Shown: in pieces, positions 19,639-28,904 of the stretch
Position numbering within the stretch: the first letter of the stretch is position 1
How the letters are laid out: every line of letters begins with the position of its first letter
NCBI GenBank assembly: GCA_024276825.1
Contig: JAJRWI010000042.1
Span: forward strand, 1 to 64,000
Reading direction: 5' to 3'
Origin: an archaeon
GTDB taxonomy: Archaea > Asgardarchaeota > Thorarchaeia > Thorarchaeales > Thorarchaeaceae
DNA: 64,000 bases
Program-made: the position numbers and the translations under genes
The notes under the pieces: generated by a model
Database searches by the model: none
The model's input: only the letters and a program-made list of their open reading frames with translations
Told to the model about the DNA's origin: nothing

Positions 19639-20250
19639 ATGTCCTTTGATATTGGAGAGATCTTGGAGAAACTTAAGGCAATCGAGTCATTCGCAAACAA
19701 GGTTGCAGAAACAAAGAAATTGGCTGACCAGTTAGCAGAGAATTTTGCTAAGATAAAGCTGGAAATCAATGAGATATTGAATGCTCGTTTTACTGATATT
19801 GCTAATCAGATTGATACACTTCGAAAGAATATGGAACAGATGGAGTCTGTGCAACCAAGCGGTTCATCAGCAGCATCATCAACTCCTGAACCTGCGGCAC
19901 AACCAGCGCCGGCTCCACAACCAGCACCCCAACCTGCGCATGAACCCGCTCCTGCTCCACAGCCCGCCCCCGAGCCTGCAGCAACGCCTGAACCGATTCC
20001 TGAGCCTGCGGCAACACCGCCTGCAGCACCAGCAGTTGAAACATCTGTGGCAACTGAAGCAGCGCCTAGTGCAGAATCAGATCAGTTGGATTTTCTAATT
20101 CAGCAGAAAGATAGATTGAAAGCTCAGCTAACTGACCTTCGTTTTGACTATATGAGGGGATACATTCCAGAAGAAGAGTATAAGGCAAAAGAGGCAGAAT
20201 TGGATGCTCAGCTGGAAGAGTTAGACAAGCAGATTGCGGCTCTAAAATAG
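19639..20250 (+). CDS. Coiled-coil protein with Pro/Ala-rich linker and C-terminal SHOCT-like helical hairpin
   Basis: Heptad-rich N-terminus, PAPQPAP repeats, YMRGYIPEEEYKAKEAEL. Confidence 0.75.
   Translation: MSFDIGEILEKLKAIESFANKVAETKKLADQLAENFAKIKLEINEILNARFTDIANQIDTLRKNMEQMESVQPSGSSAASSTPEPAAQPAPAPQPAPQPAHEPAPAPQPAPEPAATPEPIPEPAATPPAAPAVETSVATEAAPSAESDQLDFLIQQKDRLKAQLTDLRFDYMRGYIPEEEYKAKEAELDAQLEELDKQIAALK
19882..20030 (+). repeat. Degenerate Pro/Ala coding repeats (PAPQ/PEPAA)
   Basis: PEPAAQPAPAPQPAPQPAHEPAPAPQPAPEPAATPEPIPEPAATPP. Confidence 0.7.
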
Positions 20251-20285
20251 TTTGGGGGATATTTCCCCAAACTTTCTTTGTTTTC
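20251..20285 (+). terminator. Hairpin plus T-rich tract between convergent genes
   Basis: TTTGGGG-gatattt-CCCCAAA followed by CTTTCTTTGTTTT. Confidence 0.55.
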
Positions 20286-20367
20286 TACTTGATATATTAC
20301 AGAATAGACCTCTTACAAGTATAAGGTGACCATTAAATCAGGAGTTAAAAAGGAGTGAAGAAGAGGA

Positions 20368-21108
20368 TCACTCAGTCTTCTTCTTTGTAGCCTTTTTCTT
20401 TGGCTTCTCTTCGGCCTCTTCAGTCTTCTTCTTTGTAGCCTTTTTCTTTGGCTTCTCTTCAGCCTCTTCAGTCTTCTTCTTTGTAGCCTTTTTCTTCGGC
20501 TTCTCTTCAGCCTCTTCAGTCTTCTTCTTTGTAGCCTTTTTCTTTGGCTTCTCTTCAGCCTCTTCAGTCTTCTTCTTTGTAGCCTTTTTCTTTGGCTTCT
20601 CTTCAGCCTCTTCGGGAGCCTCAATTGGTTCAACTACAACTTCGGGACGTGTATCCTTGCGTTCTTTCTTTGCTCCCGCCGCTCTTCGTCTTCTTGCAGC
20701 CTTGCTTGGCTTTTCAATACCAATAATTGAAGCTGCTGCAAGTGCCTCTTCCATCTCCTCATCAATAACGGGAGTTTCAGGAACAGTAGAGGCGATCTCT
20801 TCCAGCACATCAGAAATCATGATGGGGCATTCAGCTTTTCTATCTTCCATTGCAGAAGGAGTAGTATAAACTGCAAACCCTGACTCTCTGATATAGGGGA
20901 TAATAACGCCGGCTTGCTCTTTCTCTCTCAAAATCCTCTTTGCCACGCTGATTCTTATTCCAAAGCGCTTTGCAAGATCATAGGCAGTGACAGACCTTGC
21001 TTTGGCAAGATACTCATTAATCTCTTCGATAGTTTCGGGTTTTGGAACAGCATCTCGAATTATTCTCTCAGTCTTTGTTGTCGATTTGCCCCATTTCTTT
21101 CTAGACAA
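20368..21108 (-). CDS. rps25e: Ribosomal protein eS25 with long C-terminal acidic and Lys-rich repeat extension
   Basis: RKKWGK N-terminus and wHTH core VTAYDLAKRFGIRISVAKRILRE typical of eS25, plus ~160 extra residues. Confidence 0.8.
   Translation of the reverse strand: MSRKKWGKSTTKTERIIRDAVPKPETIEEINEYLAKARSVTAYDLAKRFGIRISVAKRILREKEQAGVIIPYIRESGFAVYTTPSAMEDRKAECPIMISDVLEEIASTVPETPVIDEEMEEALAAASIIGIEKPSKAARRRRAAGAKKERKDTRPEVVVEPIEAPEEAEEKPKKKATKKKTEEAEEKPKKKATKKKTEEAEEKPKKKATKKKTEEAEEKPKKKATKKKTEEAEEKPKKKATKKKTE
20372..20611 (-). repeat. Five near-perfect 48-bp tandem repeats encoding EEAEEKPKKKATKKKT
   Basis: Unit tcagtcttcttctttgtagcctttttctttggcttctcttcagcctct x5 with isolated substitutions. 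Confidence 0.95.
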
Positions 21109-21193
21109 TTATATTACACTCCTTTATCATACTAATGAGGACTCACAGCGAAAAACTAGAGTTTGTCTTTTAAACATGCTCATAGGTTGATAA

Positions 21194-21880
21194 TTGGCGT
21201 TGACCGGTAATAAATACCTTGACAGAATTACAAATGTTGCCAAGAGGCTGGTTAATCATGCCTATTTAGAGCTGAGTAAATATAAAATCAATGCAGTGAT
21301 AAAATGCACAAGTGCGTTTGCATTGGTAAGATGGAGTAGGCATGAAACAAACATAAGACTGACTCTTGACAAGCAGGTCTTAAAGTGGCATGATGCACAG
21401 CTCACAGGTCTTATCGCTCATGAGCTAAGTCATGTGGCTCTGGGTGCTAAAAGTTCAGAAGAGTCGGTTGATAGAGATGTGATAGAAAGAGGGCTTGGTG
21501 TGTATCTTGCAATCGAGCGAGTCATGAGTGGAAGACATGAGGATCAGATGATTGCACGAGGAGTGGACAGGTATCTTGGATATAGGACCATTAGAAATCA
21601 CCTTGATGAAAGAGAACTTGAGCAACTTGAAAAATTGCTCGTTCATCTACGTGTCTATCCACAGTCTAAAACCGTTGCGCTTGAACACGATGCAGTGATA
21701 TATGACTGTGATCCCGAAACATATTTGACTATTAATGGCCACATATTCACTGTTGGTCTTATTCCTCCTGATGCAAGTGTCCATTTAATCCAGAGAAATA
21801 ATGAAATATGTCTGGTTGTCAATAAGAATATCAAATCGTGTAGTAGTAATACTAATCAGATTCGGAACGGTCTTCAATAA
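21194..21880 (+). CDS. Hypothetical protein with HExxH zincin-like motif
   Basis: LIAHELSHVALG...EESVD. Confidence 0.6.
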   Translation: MALTGNKYLDRITNVAKRLVNHAYLELSKYKINAVIKCTSAFALVRWSRHETNIRLTLDKQVLKWHDAQLTGLIAHELSHVALGAKSSEESVDRDVIERGLGVYLAIERVMSGRHEDQMIARGVDRYLGYRTIRNHLDERELEQLEKLLVHLRVYPQSKTVALEHDAVIYDCDPETYLTINGHIFTVGLIPPDASVHLIQRNNEICLVVNKNIKSCSSNTNQIRNGLQ

Positions 21881-23147
21881 TCAGGTCTTGCTTTGCTTTG
21901 ACCATTTTGCCTGCAGGAATGTCTTGATTGATGACACAACCTGGAGATATAAGCGACCCACAGCCTATTCGCACAGCAGGGAAGATTGAAGAGTTTACCC
22001 CAATAACAACATCATTACCTATTATTGCACCAAACTTGTCAAGAGGTATCTGAACCTCATGTGAGTCAAAGGTAATGTAAAGGGGTCTGTTGCCAGGCCT
22101 CCAATTCCAAAGCTGAGCACCTGCTTCAATGCAAGAGTTTGAACCAATTATCGAGTCTGCCACATATGTCATTCGGCCAATATTCACATTTTCGAAGATC
22201 ATACTATTCCGTATTTCAACAGCGTATCCCAGATGAACATCATCGCAAATGCTAGTATAGTCTCTAATGAGTGAGTTATTGCCAATATACACATTCTTGC
22301 CAATGTAGAGCGGTCCCTTCAGAGTTGTGCCTGGACGAATAATGGTGCCTTCTTCAATGTACACAGGTCCTTCTAATACAACATTCTTATGCAGTTCAAC
22401 AGATTCTGCAATGAAGCTCCCCCTTCCTTTGAGTAGATGATCCATGACAATTCTGTTAGCATTTAGAATATCCCAGGGATAAGTGAATTCAGCCCATTCT
22501 TTCTCCCAAACTGCTGCTGCCACCCTTTGGCCATTGGAGATCATGAATTCAATTGTGTTTTCCATTGTTTCATGTTTCTCAAGAATATCAAGAGTTGAAG
22601 TCTTGAAGTATGAAACTCCAGCAACAGCATAATTGCTCACATATCTATCAGGTCCCGCCTTCTCTACGAGCTTTTCAACAACACCATCTAGCCCAATCTT
22701 CACCGTTCCAAAGCGTTCAGGCGTTGACACAAGAGTGACGAGCATTGAAACATCAGAGTTCATGGTGTGATGATTTTCCAAAGTGCGTGAGATCATCTCA
22801 GGCTGAACGAGTACATCGCCGTTAATAAGTAGGAACTCGTCTTCATCTTCAATCTCATCACGAGCAGTCAGAATTGCATGCTCTACGCCTTTCTGCTCAT
22901 GTTGAATAACATATCTGATTTTCAGACCATATTTGTCACCATGTTTGAAATAGTTGATAATCTCATCACGGCCATGGCCTACAACAATCACCACATCTTT
23001 TACATTGTTTTCGGAAAGACTCTCAAGGATGTAATGAAGAACTGGATGACCAGCGATCATGAGCATGGCTTTGGATCTATTTACAGTTAATGGTCTTAAT
23101 CTACGACCCACTCCGGCAGTAAGGACTAGAGCTTTCATTACGTTCAC
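21852..23147 (-). CDS. Bifunctional sugar-1-phosphate nucleotidylyltransferase/acetyltransferase (archaeal GlmU-like)
   Basis: LTAGVGRRLRPLT...K, NGD, and C-terminal hexapeptide repeats. Confidence 0.88.
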   Translation of the reverse strand: MNVMKALVLTAGVGRRLRPLTVNRSKAMLMIAGHPVLHYILESLSENNVKDVVIVVGHGRDEIINYFKHGDKYGLKIRYVIQHEQKGVEHAILTARDEIEDEDEFLLINGDVLVQPEMISRTLENHHTMNSDVSMLVTLVSTPERFGTVKIGLDGVVEKLVEKAGPDRYVSNYAVAGVSYFKTSTLDILEKHETMENTIEFMISNGQRVAAAVWEKEWAEFTYPWDILNANRIVMDHLLKGRGSFIAESVELHKNVVLEGPVYIEEGTIIRPGTTLKGPLYIGKNVYIGNNSLIRDYTSICDDVHLGYAVEIRNSMIFENVNIGRMTYVADSIIGSNSCIEAGAQLWNWRPGNRPLYITFDSHEVQIPLDKFGAIIGNDVVIGVNSSIFPAVRIGCGSLISPGCVINQDIPAGKMVKAKQDLIIEDRSESD

Positions 23148-23195
23148 TCATCTCCTTATTAATCACTGTTCTCATAAAACTGTTGGGAATGTAGT

Positions 23196-23930
23196 CTATG
23201 TCTGAGGAGGTAAAAGGCTGAAATAGATTCTTCGTTTTCCAGCTCCGACATTTTTTGTCTTTCCGATTTTTATTCCACCAATCTCTCCTGTATTTGCAAC
23301 ATGCGTTCCTGCACAGGAGGAGGCATCATAATCACCTATGATAATGACCCTGAATATCTTTACTGATTTTGGAACCATCTCCAGATAACGAGTTTGATAC
23401 CCACGTTCATTGAGGTAGGCAATTGCTTCTTCTCGAGGCATGAATCTTATCTCAACATCGATATTTCGCGAGATAATCTCATTCACACCTGCTTCAACTT
23501 CGCGTTTCATGTCCTCATCAAAACTCTCTAGGGGATGATAGTCAGCCCGACTCTTTCCAGGGGTGATGTTGTTTCCAACAGTTTCAAGACCGTAATTATG
23601 CTGTAAATACCGAGATAGAATATGTTGGGCCGTATGAAATCTCATGCATTCATATCTAAAATCCCAGTCCAGCCGTCCATGAACTGGTTGGCCCACTTGG
23701 AATGGATTCATATCCCCAAGGAGATGTCTCACTTGGCCTTCAGCCTTAATGGTCTTTAAAACAACCACTTCTTCAGAACCATCAGTCAACCAGCCCCTAT
23801 CCCCAGTCTGTCCACCACCTTCAGGATAGAATGCGGTCTGATCGAGGACCACATAGTCATCATCAACTTCAACCACTTTGGCATCAAACTCTTTGATGTA
23901 ATTATCTTTCATATGTAACAATTCTGTCAT
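23196..23930 (-). CDS. alaX: Alanyl-tRNA editing protein AlaX-M
   Basis: LDQTAFYPEGGGQ, HTAQH, CAGTH zinc motifs. Confidence 0.92.
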   Translation of the reverse strand: MTELLHMKDNYIKEFDAKVVEVDDDYVVLDQTAFYPEGGGQTGDRGWLTDGSEEVVVLKTIKAEGQVRHLLGDMNPFQVGQPVHGRLDWDFRYECMRFHTAQHILSRYLQHNYGLETVGNNITPGKSRADYHPLESFDEDMKREVEAGVNEIISRNIDVEIRFMPREEAIAYLNERGYQTRYLEMVPKSVKIFRVIIIGDYDASSCAGTHVANTGEIGGIKIGKTKNVGAGKRRIYFSLLPPQT

Positions 23931-23962
23931 CGCAAACCACCTTGTCAGATTGGAAACCGTAG

Positions 23963-24373
23963 CTATGTTCTCATTCGAATCCATTCGTCAAGTGCCAATT
24001 GTTTTGCCATCTGAATGTCATCACTACGAAGATGAATTCCAGGAATCTCAGCAACAGCCTCAATTATGCTTTCAACTTCGGCTTTGGTTGAGATGTCTTT
24101 CAGTTCAGAAATAATAGTATTGACTGTGTCTTCATCTACTCGGTGTTTAAGCAGAAATGTCGCCAATGGCGTTCGTGCAGTTGGCATGTAATCAGAGTCA
24201 TGAGAGGGTTCAAGACCAAGTTCTTTCAGTTTTCGCTCAAATAGAGAAACAATGATCTCCTGTCTGCTCCGGACATCAACCGAGTCAATCTTTTTGCCCT
24301 TCTGAATCCTTGACCGGAGTTTCTCAATCTTCTTCATAATAGAAGACTTTGAGCGTTTACTAAACCATCCCAT
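23963..24373 (-). CDS. Hypothetical protein
   Basis: 136-aa ORF after GAGGTG, co-oriented with alaX. Confidence 0.7.
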   Translation of the reverse strand: MGWFSKRSKSSIMKKIEKLRSRIQKGKKIDSVDVRSRQEIIVSLFERKLKELGLEPSHDSDYMPTARTPLATFLLKHRVDEDTVNTIISELKDISTKAEVESIIEAVAEIPGIHLRSDDIQMAKQLALDEWIRMRT

Positions 24374-24553
24374 GAATCAAAGCACCTCATAAGCCCTAAC
24401 AAAAGTCACTTATCTACATTGTTTAATCTTTTGATTAACTAGTACATATATGCTATGCTTTAGTAGACTGCGATGTTCATAACTTAAAAGGACAATTTCG
24501 GCAACAGGAACCTTAAGATGCAAATTGGCAAAGAAAAATGAGAGGCTATAATA

Positions 24554-25330
24554 ATGCCAACAGTTCGAGAAATACTGCAAGACCTGATCAGTGGAAAAAT
24601 CGACGTTGACATGGCCATGAAGAAGCTTCAGGGATTGACAAGTATTGAGGACCTTGCAGTTATTGATCTCAACAGAGAGAGTAGGTCAGGCGTTCCAGAG
24701 GTAATATTTGCAGAATCAAAGCATCCAGAAACTCTCATTCATATAATCAAAGAGATGGTCGATAAGAATGGGTATGCATTATTAACGAGGATGAATAGTG
24801 AAAAGGTCAAATTCATCGAAACAAGCATAAAGAATTATGTTGTTGAAGTTTCGGGCCAGGGCGATCATCTAACGGTCCTTGTCAAAGCAGAGCAGTGGAC
24901 ACCTCCAGAAGCTGGTGGAAAAGTAGCAGTAATAACTGCTGGGACTTCTGACATCCCTTATGCAAGAGAGGCTGAGGCAATATGCCATGTTATGGGCATT
25001 GAAGTAATCTCATTCTATGATGTTGGCGTTGCAGGGATTCACAGACTAGTAGAGCCCATGAAGAAAATTAGAGAGAAAAATATTGATGCGGTAATTGTGT
25101 TCGCAGGAATGGAAGGTGCTCTTCCCACTGTTGTTGCTTCACTTGTCGATATTCCAGTAATAGGGGTACCGATTCCAACAGGATATGGTTTTGGTGGAAA
25201 GGGTGAAACCGCATTGAAGTCAATGCTTCAGTCTTGTGCCCCTGGTCTTGCTGTTGTTAATATAGGTAATGGGTTAGGAGCGGGTGCATTTGCGGCATTG
25301 ATTGCTAGAAGATGCCATATTCGTGAGTGA
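24554..25330 (+). CDS. larB: Nickel-pincer cofactor biosynthesis carboxylase LarB (PurE-like)
   Basis: GVPEVIFAESK, AGTSDIP, DVGVAGIHRL, AGMEGALP, GYG, SCAPG, VNIGNG. Confidence 0.9.
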   Translation: MPTVREILQDLISGKIDVDMAMKKLQGLTSIEDLAVIDLNRESRSGVPEVIFAESKHPETLIHIIKEMVDKNGYALLTRMNSEKVKFIETSIKNYVVEVSGQGDHLTVLVKAEQWTPPEAGGKVAVITAGTSDIPYAREAEAICHVMGIEVISFYDVGVAGIHRLVEPMKKIREKNIDAVIVFAGMEGALPTVVASLVDIPVIGVPIPTGYGFGGKGETALKSMLQSCAPGLAVVNIGNGLGAGAFAALIARRCHIRE

Positions 25331-25335
25331 TTCGG

Positions 25336-26475
25336 TCATTTAGCAATACGACGTGCTATACTTAGATAGACATCAACAGACTTGTAGAACTCGTCCAGAC
25401 TTAGAAACTCATTGGGCTGGTGAGCCTGCTCAATTGATCCGGGGCCACAAATGACATTTTGAATTCCAATCTTCGGTTGGAGAACTGAACAGTCAGTACC
25501 ATAAGTGGCACAAGAAGGTATACACTGACGACCCGTGATTGCTTCAACAGTATCAATTGCAACATTCACTATCTCGGAGTCAAGGGGTGTGATCACAGCG
25601 GGCTTGCCATGAATGTATTCAATTCTAACCCTATCGCCAAAGCCTGCCTTATACAGCAACTGGTTCATGTACTGTTGAAGACTTTCTGGAGTCTGACCCT
25701 TCACTGTTCGCATGTCAATCTGTGCCTCACAGTAATCAGGAACAACATTGATCTTTATTCCACCCTTGATCTTCCCAATATTCAGAGAGTAAGTTCCTAG
25801 AGTCGCATCATCTTCAAACGGGTATTCGGCTGTAGTTAGGATGTCAAGTGCCCTCATACAGAGCTGAATGGCATTAATACCCTCAGAGGGTCTTGAGCCA
25901 TGTGCTGCCTTTCCTCGCGCGACCACCCTTGACCAAAACATGCCCTTCTCGCTCACTAGGACCTCAAGACTAGTAGGCTCAGCACAGACACCATACCTTA
26001 CACCATGTAGACGCCCACTCCTTGCAACTTCTTCAGCGCCTGAACAACCACTCTCTTCATCGGATGTGTTCAAAATGACCAATGGACTGTCATGACCCTC
26101 TTCGATATACAGGACTAAGGTCTCAGCAAGTGCTGCCAAAGCGCCTTTCATATCACATGACCCTCTGCCATAGATTTTGCCATTAACGATTTCACCACCA
26201 AATGGGTCATGCGTCCAGTTCTCCAAGGGTCCAACGGGCACTGTGTCCATATGGCCATGAAGAACAAGTGGTCCCGTTTCACCTTCATGACTGAAGAATA
26301 GAAGGTTTGGTCGATCGGAATGACCAATACTCTCATGGGATATGCCATAATCACTCATGTGGTCAACAAGCACTTTTGCAACCTCTGCCTCACATCCAGG
26401 AGGGTTTTCAGAGTTGATAGCAATAAGTTCTTTGAGTAGCCTGAGCATCCTTGATTTATTGGGTCCTTTCACCAT
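25336..26475 (-). CDS. M20 family metallopeptidase (ArgE/DapE-like)
   Basis: HGHMDTVP, GRGSCDMKG, DEE, AEP, GPGSIEQAHQPNE. Confidence 0.9.
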   Translation of the reverse strand: MVKGPNKSRMLRLLKELIAINSENPPGCEAEVAKVLVDHMSDYGISHESIGHSDRPNLLFFSHEGETGPLVLHGHMDTVPVGPLENWTHDPFGGEIVNGKIYGRGSCDMKGALAALAETLVLYIEEGHDSPLVILNTSDEESGCSGAEEVARSGRLHGVRYGVCAEPTSLEVLVSEKGMFWSRVVARGKAAHGSRPSEGINAIQLCMRALDILTTAEYPFEDDATLGTYSLNIGKIKGGIKINVVPDYCEAQIDMRTVKGQTPESLQQYMNQLLYKAGFGDRVRIEYIHGKPAVITPLDSEIVNVAIDTVEAITGRQCIPSCATYGTDCSVLQPKIGIQNVICGPGSIEQAHQPNEFLSLDEFYKSVDVYLSIARRIAK

Positions 26476-26626
26476 TATTGTTCGTCAATCAGGGGAGAGT
26501 CATATTCATAAGCGTAATTGTTTATCAAAGTCTTGGTCGATGATGCAGTTACTCCTAAATGAGCCCTGGCGATGATTAACCAAGAGCAGGCAGAGACCAC
26601 TTTTGCTTTTCTTCAAAAATAGGGGA

Positions 26627-26876
26627 AAGGCTGAAACCTGTATATCCCTAGGGTGGGGACTATCTAAGAAGACTTACAGGGCCCCCTTGCTATGATCTCC
26701 GATGGATTATCACAACAAAAAGTAAGAACCAGAATTTTTCCTTTCATTGTGACTTCGAAAATATGTCCTGCCTCGTCTTCAATATAGACAGATTCCCCAT
26801 TAAGGAATTCCTTCGCCCGTTTTCGAAGTGACCGAGAGGGGACATCATATTGCAGAATGAAACAGGTTTCAGCCTT
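26627..26876. repeat. Perfect 15-bp inverted repeat AAGGCTGAAACCTGT (26627-26641) / ACAGGTTTCAGCCTT (26862-26876)
   Basis: Exact reverse complements, read directly from the sequence. Confidence 0.9.
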
Positions 26877-26879
26877 CAG
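26664..26879 (-). CDS. Unannotated 71-aa protein with CTG start (MKAETCFILQYDVPSRSLRKRAKEFLNGESVYIEDEAGHIFEVTMKGKILVLTFCCDNPSEIIARGPCKSS)
   Basis: GGAGGT (26892-26887) 7 nt before CTG, 72 open codons to TAG, weak similarity to the neighbouring ORF. Confidence 0.6.
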   Translation of the reverse strand: MKAETCFILQYDVPSRSLRKRAKEFLNGESVYIEDEAGHIFEVTMKGKILVLTFCCDNPSEIIARGPCKSS

Positions 26880-27096
26880 TTATTAGACCTCCGACGGATG
26901 CGGATTGTTTGCTATATCTTTTAGCAATGTGAAATCATAGTCATTATTGCATATAATATGGGACATGCCCTAATTCTTCATTATTTGCATTCTGCAGGCG
27001 TTTTTGGATTAGTTGAGAAAGCAAATTGCACTAAGTTAATTGTTCTGCAACCTTTTGATTACTGTTTCAAAATGAAACTTAACAATTGGCCACATC

Positions 27097-27306
27097 TTAA
27101 CCATCACAATACATGAATTCGGACTTGCAAGAATTGAGCGGATGAATAATGATATTATTATGGCGTTTTGAGAGAATAACGGGACCGATTTCACATTCAA
27201 TCAGAACATTTTCTCCCTCTTCAACAAGACGAGCCGCATTTTGAAGATTAACTAGATCGAGGATTTCTGAAACCCAGCAATGGTATTCTTCGGACATTAT
27301 TATCAA
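27097..27306 (-). CDS. Small hypothetical protein, possible paralog of 26664..26879
   Basis: GENVLIECEIG versus GESVYIEDEAG at a similar position; similar length. Confidence 0.5.
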   Translation of the reverse strand: MIIMSEEYHCWVSEILDLVNLQNAARLVEEGENVLIECEIGPVILSKRHNNIIIHPLNSCKSEFMYCDG

Positions 27307-27426
27307 CTATCAGTATATTGATAGCGTGCACATGTAGTTGAGTGAAAATCAAGGAATTAATAACTCTGTGTTACGTTGAAAAGGAGAGGAAACTGAGTGA
27401 GTAGAATCACTCAGTCATTTTGAAGA

Positions 27427-28899
27427 TCATGGGTTGTATGCGAATGGATGTCTTGCGGACTCGCGTCGTGCGATGATCTCTTCAATGGGCTGTCGTTTCT
27501 CCAATGCCCTGCGAATTGCATGTCGGGTTGCCCTGAAATTGTTAATATGAACCCGTTTTGGATTGTTGGCATTAGGATGAACAAAGACATTAACTGCAAT
27601 AACTAAATCAGGTATAAGTTCCTCGGGAATGATCATATCAGTGATTGTTCTCCTCACTGCATCAGACACTGCCCTTTGGGCCACATCATAGACCAGTCTT
27701 TTATGATTCTCGTTCACTATATTCACTGTGGGAGCGAATATAGTGACAATATCACTACCTTCAATCACAATGCTTGAATGAAAGCCATCGATCATCTTTC
27801 CAGCGTTCTCCACGGCTTCGCTCAATGGGCCTGTTCGCAATCCCATGATTAGGTCAACATGTGCCACTTCTTGACCTTCTCCTGCAAGGGCCTCTCCATG
27901 AAGCAGGGTCAGGTCTGCGATCTCATCAGGAACCATACCCACAGCCTTCGGGTAGTTTTCAGCAACAATCGTTCGTTCTCCTGCTTTGAAAGTCACGGGT
28001 CCACGAGGAATCAGTTGAAGGTCCTCAAGGCAGGTTCGAAGTTCATCAATGTCCTCATAGCGTAAGACATCACCTGCGAGCAGGGGTCTGCGAGCAAGAC
28101 CTACTGGGACGCCCATCATATTTAAAGCGGCCTTGACAGCAAGACCACCACCCTTGTTGACTATCAGACGAACAGTCTTCTGAATACTCCTTTGAATGAT
28201 CATGGCATTATTGATATCGCCATTTGTAAGATGGGACATCATCTTGATGTATCTATCAGGGAATATATTGGCGCTTGCAAGAATGGCACCATCACAACCT
28301 GCCGCAAGTGCGGGCATGGCAATCTCATCATGACCAATCACAACTTGAAAGCCGCTGGGGCGTCTTACGAGTATTGTGGTCAGGTGAATCAGATTGCCCC
28401 CAGAGTCCTTCATTCCTATGATGCCATCTATCTCTCGAAGACCATCAACAAGCCACCAATCAATATTGACACCCGTCACCTGTGGAATGTTATAGACGAA
28501 GATGGGAATGTCACTATTGTTTGCTATTTTCTCAAAGTGCTCGTAGATCTCTTTTGTGGATGGTTTGAGGAAGTATGGAGAAACAACAAGTGCTGCTTGA
28601 GCACCAAACTCTGCAGCCCGCTTTGTGAGCTTGATGGCATCATTTGTATAAGCAGCCCCAGTCCCGGCAATCACTGGCACACGACCCTTGGCCGCCTCAC
28701 AAGCGATTCGAATAGCATCCACCTTCTCATCAAAACGCATGCTTGTAAACTCGCCAGTTGTGCCGCAGGGCACTATTCCTGTTGCCCCGGATTTTATCAC
28801 AAAGTCAATGAGACCGCGATAATGCTCTTCGTTTACTCCATTTTTATCGAATGGTGTCACCAATGCAGGATATACCCCTTTGAAAGTAAAATCTGTCAT
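27427..28899 (-). CDS. DapA-family class I aldolase fused to formaldehyde-activating enzyme (Fae) domain, copy A
   Basis: GTTGEF, YNIP, Schiff-base K in GMKDS. C-terminal HGEALAGEGQEVAHVDLIMG...VFVHP...NFRATRHAIRRA...SARHPF matches Fae. Confidence 0.9.
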   Translation of the reverse strand: MTDFTFKGVYPALVTPFDKNGVNEEHYRGLIDFVIKSGATGIVPCGTTGEFTSMRFDEKVDAIRIACEAAKGRVPVIAGTGAAYTNDAIKLTKRAAEFGAQAALVVSPYFLKPSTKEIYEHFEKIANNSDIPIFVYNIPQVTGVNIDWWLVDGLREIDGIIGMKDSGGNLIHLTTILVRRPSGFQVVIGHDEIAMPALAAGCDGAILASANIFPDRYIKMMSHLTNGDINNAMIIQRSIQKTVRLIVNKGGGLAVKAALNMMGVPVGLARRPLLAGDVLRYEDIDELRTCLEDLQLIPRGPVTFKAGERTIVAENYPKAVGMVPDEIADLTLLHGEALAGEGQEVAHVDLIMGLRTGPLSEAVENAGKMIDGFHSSIVIEGSDIVTIFAPTVNIVNENHKRLVYDVAQRAVSDAVRRTITDMIIPEELIPDLVIAVNVFVHPNANNPKRVHINNFRATRHAIRRALEKRQPIEEIIARRESARHPFAYNP

Positions 28900-28904
28900 G
28901 CTTT

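Noticed and set aside
20372-20611. Regular direct repeats resembling a CRISPR array
   Set aside because: Head-to-tail 48-bp units with no spacers, in frame within eS25; no cas genes
20313-20633. Arg-rich 106-aa ORF (protamine-like)
   Set aside because: Alternative frame of the eS25 repeat tail
26561-26690. tRNA, SRP RNA, RNase P RNA or fluoride riboswitch
   Set aside because: No TTCRA T-loop or cloverleaf and no SRP or RNase P signatures; GGCGATG is not followed by the fluoride-riboswitch pairing
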